A DNA stretch of 63,998 nt, the filler included, from Dimargaris cristalligena (taxonomy: Eukaryota), in NCBI GenBank assembly GCA_003614675.1. It is 5 parts of 5 records of this genome, joined end to end, with 100 filler letters (N's around TTAATTAATTAA, not from the genome) between each part and the next. Parts side by side here need not be neighbours in the genome. Positions count along the whole stretch, not along the records: positions 13,054 to 26,004 come from ML003013.1; positions 26,105 to 39,049 come from ML003014.1; 3 more parts are not named here. One strand, given 5' to 3'. Of this stretch, positions 22,766 to 32,607 are shown one piece after another; positions within the stretch are counted from its first letter, which is position 1; every line of letters begins with the position of its first letter. Under the pieces are notes generated by a model. The model was not told the DNA's origin. It saw only the letters and a program-made list of their open reading frames with translations, and did not search any database. The position numbers were made by a program, and so were the translations under genes.

Positions 22766-24886
22766 ATGCTCGCTCGTCAGCTTCGACTTCCCACCATGCG
22801 GGTGCGCGACTTCCGCCGGGTCGCCGCCCCTCAGCTCAGGACCTTCCCCGGCCCAACCCCTTCCCTGGTGTTACCCAGTTCTAGATTGGCCTCCCGATCG
22901 CTGCTGACGTCGTCGTTGTCACCCATGGGCCTGACCCGCCGTGCCTTCGGGACCACCTCTTCTCGCTTCTCGGACGAACCGACGAGCCCCCCCGTCACCA
23001 ATGTCGGTGACATGGCCCCGCTGGAGCGGATCCGCAACATTGGTATCATTGCCCACGTCGACCACGGCAAAACTACCTTGGTCGATTGTCTGCTCCGCCA
23101 GTCCGGCACCCTGCTGGACGCCCAGTCCGACCGGGTCATGGACTCCAACGCTCTCGAACGGGAACGCGGTATCACCATTCTCTCCAAAGTCACCTCCATC
23201 ATCCATAAGGGCTACAAAATTAATATCGTCGATACCCCCGGGCATGCCGATTTCGGTGGTGAAGTCGAGCGTATTCTCTCCATGGTGGACGGCGTGGCCC
23301 TCCTGGTCGATGGTTCCGAGGGGGTCATGACCCAAACGAAGTTCGTTTTGAATAAAGCCCTGCAGCAGAACCTCCGCCCCCTCGTGGTGTTCAATAAGGT
23401 CGATCGTCCATCGGCCCGTATCGACGAGGTTGACAATGAAATCATGGACCTCTTTATGAACCTTGGGGCAAGTGAGGAACAGCTGGATTACCCCATGATC
23501 TTTGCCTCGGGTAAACAGGGCTGGGCCACCGAGTCCCGCGTTACTAGCGAGGCCATCGTGGAGGCCGAATCCAATCCCGACCCATCAGTGACGGGCCCCA
23601 AAGCGGATATGATCCCGCTGCTGGACCTCATCATCAAGCACGTGCGCGCCCCCAGCGCCGAGCGCAGCGAGCCCTTCTCTATGCTGGTGACCCAGATTGA
23701 TTATAACCCGTACCTGGGCAAATGCTATGTCGGCCGCATCACCTCCGGGGTCGTTAAAATCGGTGACCGGCTGAAGGCTCTCGACCCCGAGAGCGGCGCT
23801 GTCATTGATGACAATAAAGTCAGCAAAATGTTCCTGCGGGTCGGTGTCGAACAAGTGGCCATCGAGGAAGCCGGGGCGGGTGAGATTATCACCTTGGCCG
23901 GGGTTCAAAACGCGGGGGTCAACTCCACCCTCTGCCACCCCTCCGTGACCGAACCCCTCCCCTTCATCCCCGTGGACCCACCCACCATTAGTATGGCCTT
24001 TGGGGTAAACGACTCCCCACTGGGTGGTCAAGAAGGTACCCGCCTTACCTCCAACATGATCCGGGACCGACTGATGCAAGAGGCCGCCACCAACGTGGCC
24101 CTGCGCATCAAGGAAGCGGCCAGCAAGGAATCATTCGAAGTCTGTGGTCGCGGTGAGCTCCAGCTCGGTATTTTGATTGAATCCATGCGCCGGGAGGGCT
24201 TCGAACTCTCCATTTCCCCACCCAAGGTCATTTTCAAGACCGATCCGGATTCCAAGGCCCTCCTCGAACCGGTGGAAGAAGTCACCATTGACGTGGACCC
24301 ACAGTACAGTGGCACAGTGATTGAAAAGATGAGCCAGCGCAAGGGTGAACTCAAACATTTCACCGAATTCGGGGACAAATCTCGTCTCATTTTTGAATGC
24401 CCGACCCGTGGTCTGTTGGGTTATACCTCCGAATTCAAGAACGATACCCACGGTACCGGGGTGCTCAACCACGTCTTCGCGGGTTACATTCCCCACAAGG
24501 GGCCCCTCAACCGCGAACGCAAACCCGTGCTCGTGTCGATGGCCACAGGCCAAATTCAGGCCTATTCCCTGAATACCATCGAACCGCGCGGCAAACTGTT
24601 CGTCCTGCCCGGCGAAAAGACCTACACGGGAATGATCATTGGCGAATACAACCGCGAAGAAGCCGATCTGGAAGTGAACCCCACCCGGTCGAAACACGTC
24701 ACGAACCACCGGGCGGCCGGAAAAGAAGAGGCGATTCGACTGACTCCGATTAAACAAATGGGCCTCGAGGAGGTCATCGCTTATGTGAACCAGGACGAGG
24801 TCATTGAAGTGACGCCCAAGACCATTAGGTTGCGGAAGCGTATTTTGGACCCGACCAAGCGAAAGCACTCCCGTAACCAAAGTTAA
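22766..24886 (+). CDS. typA: TypA/BipA translational GTPase with a probable mitochondrial transit peptide
   Basis: IRNIGIIAHVDHGKTTLVD, ERERGITIL, DTPGHADFGGEVER, NKVD, the BipA signature GRGELQLGILIESMRREGFE, and EVTPKTIRLRK. The N-terminal ~70 aa are Arg/Ser/Leu-rich and poor in acidic residues. Confidence 0.95.
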   Translation: MLARQLRLPTMRVRDFRRVAAPQLRTFPGPTPSLVLPSSRLASRSLLTSSLSPMGLTRRAFGTTSSRFSDEPTSPPVTNVGDMAPLERIRNIGIIAHVDHGKTTLVDCLLRQSGTLLDAQSDRVMDSNALERERGITILSKVTSIIHKGYKINIVDTPGHADFGGEVERILSMVDGVALLVDGSEGVMTQTKFVLNKALQQNLRPLVVFNKVDRPSARIDEVDNEIMDLFMNLGASEEQLDYPMIFASGKQGWATESRVTSEAIVEAESNPDPSVTGPKADMIPLLDLIIKHVRAPSAERSEPFSMLVTQIDYNPYLGKCYVGRITSGVVKIGDRLKALDPESGAVIDDNKVSKMFLRVGVEQVAIEEAGAGEIITLAGVQNAGVNSTLCHPSVTEPLPFIPVDPPTISMAFGVNDSPLGGQEGTRLTSNMIRDRLMQEAATNVALRIKEAASKESFEVCGRGELQLGILIESMRREGFELSISPPKVIFKTDPDSKALLEPVEEVTIDVDPQYSGTVIEKMSQRKGELKHFTEFGDKSRLIFECPTRGLLGYTSEFKNDTHGTGVLNHVFAGYIPHKGPLNRERKPVLVSMATGQIQAYSLNTIEPRGKLFVLPGEKTYTGMIIGEYNREEADLEVNPTRSKHVTNHRAAGKEEAIRLTPIKQMGLEEVIAYVNQDEVIEVTPKTIRLRKRILDPTKRKHSRNQS

Positions 24887-25599
24887 CTATGGAATAACGA
24901 ATATATTTAAAAGCTGTTATTTTTTTTTTTAGGAAAAAATATATCTTTACTATTTCTTATACTTATCTATATTTATTTAGAAACATATGGATATTTATAT
25001 ACATATGGTCGGGCATGTACATTCTGTAGTCATTGGGGATATAGGGCTATACTTTATTCAGCTAGGTCGTAGACCACCTATTTTCATAAAATTGACCACT
25101 GTCATACTTTTCCTCTCTCTGTGAACCTACGGGCAATTGCGATATATATTATTACCCCCAATGCGCGGTTTATCTTATGATGATATTTTAAACGTATCGT
25201 TTACTATAAACATAATACTATTTATAGGTATCCATCTCATTAAAGAGCCACATATACATTCTATGTAACCTGCCTATATTATAGATAAAACTATAGCTAC
25301 TGTACGTATTTACTTTGCCCTGGCGCCCCCCTCTCACACCCTCTACTGTTAATAACTCTCTTTGGTATAGGCGAAACAGAAAATTAGTATATAATATCGA
25401 GTAAAATGTGAGAAGTACAATGGGAAAATTAGTGACAGCCAATAATCGACACTGTCATCTTGCCGCATACCCGGAGCCTTCACTCAAATGACAAAAACGT
25501 ATGAACTGTTGGTAAGGATAGGGTTGCATGAATGGTGCCGCAAAGTTCAGTAATCTACATTCAAATAAGGGACACACAGGGGAACCCCAACCCTCGAAA

Positions 25600-25741
25600 T
25601 ATGGGTGAAATTCAGCCCAGCAATATAAGGGTTTACATTATATGTGTATGGGAGAATATATGGGAAATGTATTTTTAGAGAGTAATATTGGCCTTACCTA
25701 ATGGATTTTTCGTTATACAGCTTGGATGAACTTCTTCCATA
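25600..25741 (-). mobile_element. 142-bp MITE-like element, copy 1
   Basis: Imperfect terminal inverted repeats (TATGGGTGAAATTCAGCCCAGCAATATAA ... TTATACAGCTTGGATGAACTTCTTCCATA) with TA ends. A same-length homolog lies at 58626-58767. Confidence 0.7.
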
Positions 25742-26004
25742 TGATTTCCCATTGTAATTCGCAAATTTCTTAGCCAATTTCGAGTTTATCACGTGATTAT
25801 AAAAACAGCCAATAATTATTAAATAATTTATACTTTTTACATGTTGTGATGTGGCAGAGCGACTTATATAATAACAGGCGTAAATGCCTTATAATCAAAG
25901 AAATAATAGAATCAAACCTCAAGAATAATTAGGACAACTGTAGGCAAAACTGCCGGTACAGTTCAGAAGAATGAATGAAAAAAGAGATGTTTTATTAAGA
26001 GTTG

Positions 26005-26104
26005 NNNNNNNNNNNNNNNNNNNNNNNNNNNNNNNNNNNNNNNNNNNNTTAATTAATTAANNNNNNNNNNNNNNNNNNNNNNNNNNNNNNNNNNNNNNNN
26101 NNNN
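26005..26104. other. Artificial contig linker
   Basis: N44-TTAATTAATTAA-N44. Confidence 0.97.
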
Positions 26105-27079
26105 TCCCTTTTTATCACCTATCTTTTCAAATAAAGTTCAGTTTTCAAGGATTTGATTTCAGTTCTTTACACTAATAAAGGGGGTTTATTGAAAGAAAGT
26201 TGGATGTGGAATAGCCAATAAATAAAAACAAAAGCTTTAATAAAACTCTCCATTATAGAATGATTTATCCAGTAAAGAGGGACCTAGAATTGTAATAGAG
26301 GAGTTGGGAAGGGCCCTAAGTAAAAGGTGGGGGGGTAGCCATAGTAGGGCTATGTTTTAGAAAAACTTAAGGCTGCAAAGACTATGTGTACATTTATATG
26401 CAGCAGTGGGCCTCCAGAGAGTGATGATTATTTTGAGCTTAGTAGTCTATTCCTGCCAAGTGCTATACCCAATGCCCCAAGCCCTTGACTCTCAAGGTAT
26501 CTAATGTGTATCCAAACTCCATGAAATTTTAGAGAGGTCTGTCATCCCTGGCATTAATATTGAAAAGTGTTGCTGGGTAATAAACAATCTAGTTGAGGTT
26601 TGGTGGAATAGTTCATTTCTACCTAGGACCTCTTCCCTAGTAGATTTGACTTGTCCAATTGGAGAGAGATAGCTACTGATGGCTATATACTAGTGCCCAT
26701 TGTACTGCCATAGGCTAGGGTGATTTTCCCTTTCCATGAGACAAACTAGTCACATTCCCTTGACACATAATGTTGGTGCACTCAAGTCCCATGATTACAT
26801 TCCTTGCATGAGTACTTGGAAGACATCTATTCCACTGATCTATATTTGATCTACTCACTTCCATTTCCAAGTGACCACTTAACTACTTCCACTTTCATCA
26901 GCTACATGATTCCAGATGAGTCAGTGGGGATGGCTCTCACCTTGGTAAGGGAGTGATGTTGAAGTTCTCCTTGTTTACAATTTTATCTCTATATGTGCCC
27001 CAGAGGATCCGCAGCATCATTGTCTTCCACTTTCTATCCTTCCATATTCCCTTTTTCTTTTTCTACATCCTTTTTGAAA

Positions 27080-27620
27080 CTTAGTAGGCTCAACCAGTTT
27101 TCTCCCCTTACAGTTTTATGGTTGCTCAGTCCATTTGAGAACCTGGTCCCAAAGTCATAGTACATGGTCAATTTATATTTTCATCTTATACATATATATA
27201 ACTTCTCTGCTGGCCCTTAAAATGGCCAGTTGTCTTCAAGATAAGTTTTTATTATTCAGAATAAATATATATTTTAACTTCACCCAGCATTTTACCCAGC
27301 AGCAGCCAAAGACTTCAACTAGAAGTCAATTTTTGTTTCCTTATTTTTTAATTACTTTATTTTCAGTACATAGCTACTGTAGCTCCTCTAGTGCCCAACT
27401 CTAATGACAGGAGTTTAGGATTGATTCATGTGGAACATTTTCCACTGTACCCCAGTATGACTTCTGACAACAGCTCCGATCAAATCTGTCTAGCCAAAGG
27501 TCCATTCCCTGAGTTCTCCATGTTCTATCCAGGTGCTGACCCCTCAAAACCAATGTCTGGTGGACTCACCAGCCCAGGAAAGAGCAAAGGTTCCAACCCC
27601 AGTCTTGACCCTGGAATGGG
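27080..27620 (+). repeat. Dispersed degenerate repeat, homologous to 39690-40230 (opposite strand)
   Basis: Shared blocks AACCAGTTTT, CTTAAAATGGC, TAGCCAAAGGTCCATTCCC, TCCAGGTGCTGnCCCCTCAAAA and CAGTCTTGA occur in collinear order in both copies. Confidence 0.75.
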
Positions 27621-27939
27621 AGAGCCTCAAAACACCAGCCCAACACCCATTAGCTATATCTATTCACTAATGCCCATTCTATGCATATATTCACCAATGT
27701 ACATTGCTTAGAATTTATTAATATATGCCTATTGGCTATAATTATTTGTACCTACAACTCTTGCATCACAATGGCCAGCTTAAATCCCTGTCCCTTGAAC
27801 CATGCAACCATATCACATTAAAACTACAGAGATTTAATTTTAGGGGCTGAGTGGTGTTTAAGTTATATGCCAACCAAGCTTTAAGAAAATGCTGGGGCAA
27901 TCATTGCTTCCTGTCCAAGTATTTTTCCCTCCTACTCTA

Positions 27940-28360
27940 GTTGAAATTGACATTCCAATTGTGCCTCAGCCATATAATTAAGTATCCTCATTACATTTTA
28001 AATGTAAGTCACCAACCTATTTTTTGGTATTTTAGGCTTGGCAGTCCTGAACAAGGGTATTTATTTCACCACCTAATTGGCAGACCTATGTACTTGGCCA
28101 ACTTAATGAGGTCGGATGTTGTCTACATTGGCAACAAATCAAGGGAATTAAATTTCCTAATGCTGGAAATTCTATAGTTGACAACTGTGCAAACTCTTTG
28201 CTGTACAAGCGACCCAAAGTCCCAGGGCCTTTTACCAATCGGGCAGTAGGATAACTCATTCTTAAAAGAGATACCAATAGCGGACTGGGGGATTGCCCCA
28301 AATGATCAAACATCCCTTGTGGGGATCACTTTTGCCCAAGGCTCTGGTGAGCTGGGCTTC
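27940..28360 (+). mobile_element. Ty1/copia reverse transcriptase/RNase H relic
   Basis: HLIGRPMYLANLMRSDVVYIGNKSR resembles copia SLIGSLMYLAxxTRPDIAxAVNxLSR. ADWGIAPNDQTSLVGITFAQG (from 28280) resembles the copia RNase H start DADWGxDxxDRKSTSGYVFxLG. Frameshifted and stop-interrupted. Confidence 0.7.
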
Positions 28361-29377
28361 ATAGTAGTATGAGATAGCGGTACTCCCGATGATTCAGGAC
28401 GAGTATGCCGCTTTAAGCTGGGGCTTTTAAAAATGCAATCCTGTGGAAACTGGCGGTAGCATTCGCTGACGGAGAGTACGGGAATGGACTGTTCTAACCA
28501 CAGCGCGTATTCCAGATATATAGGGCGATTAATCGTATCCCCGGCCACTTGGAGTAAACGGAGCGTGCCACTGACCTTGGCTGTCCTTTAATATTATAGG
28601 CCCCCTCTTATGAATAGACGGATTGAACAGCAGAAAATGGATAATAAGTGGCAATCCACGGGCTTTCTGACGAAGCTCGCCGGGCCTACTGCATTTTCGT
28701 CTAATATGGCCCCTCCCCCTCATTGGATGAGGCTGGATTGAAAATCAAGGTGGAATAATGAAAAACGATTTCCCCACCTTGTCCCATTCACCTATTATAG
28801 AAGCATATATGCCTTGCCTCCTCTCTCCTCCTATGTATATAATTTTGCCCAGTGGGCTTTAATCTACTTAATGATTAATCCTCATGCGATAAAACCCATC
28901 CGCATGGCTCCCAGTGGCAGCCTGGCCAACAGCTTTTTCCCTTTGACGTGTGTGCTATTCGCTTAGCGCTTTAGAGCCGAACTCACTCGAAGGAACTTGT
29001 TCACATCTGACAAGTCGCTCCATTCAACTCTCCCGCGTTGGCAACTACTGCCCCTACTTACCCCCCCTACCCCGTCCCATGTAAGTCATCCATGTCTGCA
29101 TTCCCGCTTTCTTCCCCACCCCAATCCGCCGACCTTCCCTTTGTATTCCACCAACCCACCCGCAACGAACACGTATAACTCTATCGGCAATCTTTTACAG
29201 GCCAAAATCGCATACTACGTAGTCCAAGCCTTCTAAGCGAAGAAGTTCGACTTACTCGACGCGTTGTCCTAATGACCTTATGCATCCCCAGGCCACACTA
29301 TCGGCCGCTTTAAAACAACTCTATTGCTCCCCTTTCGGCCAGATAAGAGATACTCCCTCCAATTCGACAACCCTGCC

Positions 29378-31187
29378 ATGTCGAAGTTCTCCGTGGAATC
29401 CTATGAGGAGAAACTCAAGAAACTCTTTGATACGCAAGATTCGATTTCGTTACTTTCACAATGTAAGTCCGTCATTCGTAGCGTATTGAAATAGGGGAAA
29501 TATGACATTGGCCCTCAAGTGGCCGTCTTTTTTAGTAGGGGATTTCTGTATTCACTTCCCCCGATCCATTTCCCTGTCGTTTCGATCGACCAATATCCAT
29601 TAACGGCAACTGAATACTGACATCGCGGACTATCTACCACCTTATACCACCTACCCACCACTTTCTCCAATATCCGCAGGGATGGTATTCCACCGCCGGC
29701 ACGCCAAAGCCATCGTAGACACTTGGTATTCCTACTTTATTAAAGGCAAGTCTAATCTCTACTCGTATCCCGATAGAATGCCAACCAGGCATCTATAGCC
29801 GATGGTTAAACCGTTTTCGTTTCACGGCTTGAGATACCTTTCCTTTATAACCATTAATTATCCGTCTTTGGAATACCTCTTTGATACGGGAACTCGCGTT
29901 GCCAACAGCTAATTCGCGTTCCAAGATCACATACATCCACCTGGCCAATGATGTTCTTCAATCGGGCCGGAAAAAGGGCCCCGAATATCCGCAGGAATTC
30001 AAGCATCGGCTCCCGGGCGTGGTGAAGGATTTCCGGAAATACGCCACCGATTCACTACGCCAGAAACTCGAGCGGGTTCTTACCGTATGGGAACAGCGCT
30101 CGGTCTACGATCCCGCTTTTGTTCGGCAACTTCGCGACCTTCTCAATAGTAAAGCGGCCGGGGGTCCGTCCCCGGGCCGGCCCACCCCGCCCAACAGCCA
30201 TAATGGCACCACTCCCTCCTACTCCTCTTATACCGAAATCAAAACGATCAATCGACCCAGCTCACCCGTTCGTGTGATTGGTAAACCCACCGAAAGCCTG
30301 GATAAATTAATTGCGCTGAACGGCCAAGTGGCCCTGGGCGAACGGCAGATCCAGTATAGCGAAGAAAAATGCATTAAAGTACTCAAAGAGCTTGATAGTC
30401 AGTTGGCTAATCCGAGTAAGTGATATGGTAATCTTCGGCTGGCACGACGGTCCCCCCCCGCCCCGCCGAACTTCTCACATTACCCTTCTTTTCAAGACGG
30501 AGTAAGGCGACTCTAAAACCAACCAACTCACCTACTCCTTCGTTTTACTATGCACACCTATGTATCCCCCCCCTACGTGACCACCTGTGCCATGTCATTG
30601 ATTCTCACCCTCTAGACGGATCGGTCGACAATGTCCTTCCCGGCGTAGTAGAATCGTGGCAACGGCGGCAGGAGGAACTCCAGGCTCATGTGGCTAAGCG
30701 GCAGCAATTGATTGGTATTTTGGAAAGCACCCTGCTGTCGCACCAGGAAAAACTACTGAAGAACCTCGCGGAAATTCAGGTAAGGGTGAACGACTAGCCC
30801 TAGCTACGGGATATAGGTGGTATTTTTGTACATCGCCCCCCGGAGACCGAAATATACACCCTCCAATGCGCTGCCCGTTAAGCCAGGGCCGGCCCTCTAA
30901 TCCACTCCACTCCACTTATCGAGTAAAATAGCCTACCCCGTCTATACACTTTTGTATACACTAATGCTAACTAATCTATGTCGGATGTTTTGGATTTTCC
31001 GACAATGTACGACAATTAGGAGTGCGAGCTGTCACTAACCCAACTTAACCCCCTGTTACAGTCCCAGACGGATGCACCCATTGAGGATGCCGAGTCCGAA
31101 ATGAGCCCCATCACCAGCGAATCCTCCAGTGAAGTGACTGGTCCTGCCCCAGTCGATATCCAGGCAGTATCCGAAGCCGGCAGTTGA
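29378..31187 (+). CDS. RTT103: CID/RPR-domain RNA polymerase II CTD-binding protein (Rtt103/RPRD1-like)
   Basis: Exons 29378-29462, 29680-29745, 29909-30415, 30616-30779, 31020-31187. MSKFSVESYEEKLKKLFDTQDSISLLSQWMVFHRRHA...KITYIHLANDVLQ...LERVLTVWEQRSVY is a CID domain, followed by a coiled coil. Confidence 0.9.
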
Positions 31188-32234
31188 ACCCGCACTCGCC
31201 TACACCCTTTGAATACACAACATGCACACAGACACATATATTTGAGAGAAGATGGACAAGGCACTTGATTTTCGGGGGAATCGGAATCCAACTATCATCA
31301 TCATCATCATCATCACCATCACCAGACCCTTTTCCCCGCCTCTTCACACACATTCGGGTCGATGTGCCTACGCCCCCAGACGTGCATTTCTTATGCCTCG
31401 CCTGCCATCTTATTTTTAGATTGTCCCTTCCCAAAAGTTGATTGTTGGAGTATTATATATTTATGTTTATGTTTATGTATAGTTATTGCTTCTTAAAAAT
31501 ACCCACACACACACCATGTAACACAGCGTCGTGAATCGATGAATATCCTGCACTGCACCTAGGAGTGTAATGGAATAACCGAGGGTGGAGTTGAGGGAAG
31601 GAGAGAGGGAGAGGGGGGGTTGTTACGGGCTGGACCGATGACGCCTCTTGCAACAACAGTTGGAGGGGGGGGGAACCATTTGGCAAAGGTGCAATCCCAT
31701 TAGGTGAACCCCCCCACTTATTTTCTAAATCAACGATTAGGTTAGTTTTGGTGTAGGGGTTGCATTGGAGCCCGGCGGCCCTGCTCTCCACTCCTTTATA
31801 GCGGGCCATTTAAACGGGGGCGAGCATGCATGGAATAGAACGGAGGGGTAGAGATACCAGGGCCGCTAGGAGAGAGGGGATGGTAGGGAGGTGGAGAGCC
31901 AGGAGAAAGTGAGAGAGGCAGTTGGAGAACGGTGGTTTACTTGACTTCACTGGTGGTGGTCACACGCCCCCTCCGTTCGGGTGTGGATCCCGCGTGCACG
32001 ACTCCTCGTCGTCAACAATCGACGATGCAGCCGTATCCCGTCGGTATTCACTCGCCGGTTGTCAGCCTAATATAACCTCCCCACGCACTCACTTTGCTGT
32101 GCTTTGTTATACTTGATTGTAAGCAACTCTTTAAAAAAAATCAAGTGCCATTTGGTTATTTAAGTTTCAGTCCGCGAGGGTAACTAATTGTACCATCCTT
32201 TCCTATTACCCACATCTCCTCTCTAGGCTGTGTT

Positions 32235-32306
32235 CCTGAGAGCCTGAGAGCCTGAGAGCCTGAGAGCCTGAGAGCCTGAGAGCCTGAGGGCCTGAGGGCC
32301 TGAGAG
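32235..32306 (+). repeat. Tandem repeat (CCTGAGRG)x9
   Basis: Six CCTGAGAG, two CCTGAGGG, one CCTGAGAG. Confidence 0.95.
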
Positions 32307-32607
32307 TAAACCAGACTATCTATAAGCCAGCCCGGTGTGGGTTAGTACTACTATTGCTTATTCTGGATTGGCCGTTCTCTATATTTATTTCGCTCTGACT
32401 CATTCTTCCCATCGGTTTTTTTATTTTGTCCCTAGTTTTAAAGTTATATATATACATTATTTTTTTCTGCCCCTTATAGTCCCTCTTTAGCAATCCCACT
32501 TCACATTGTACCTTGCGAGCCTAGCCTGACCCGATAGTTCGCTCATCTCCCCACACACTGCTTACCCACCCACGTTTATCCGCCTCGGTTTACTTGCCAT
32601 CGTCGTC

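Noticed and set aside
24131-24880. 249-aa minus-strand ORF
   Set aside because: Antisense shadow of TypA.
32235-32306. Possible CRISPR-like array
   Set aside because: Contiguous 8-bp units without spacers, in a eukaryotic context with no cas genes.
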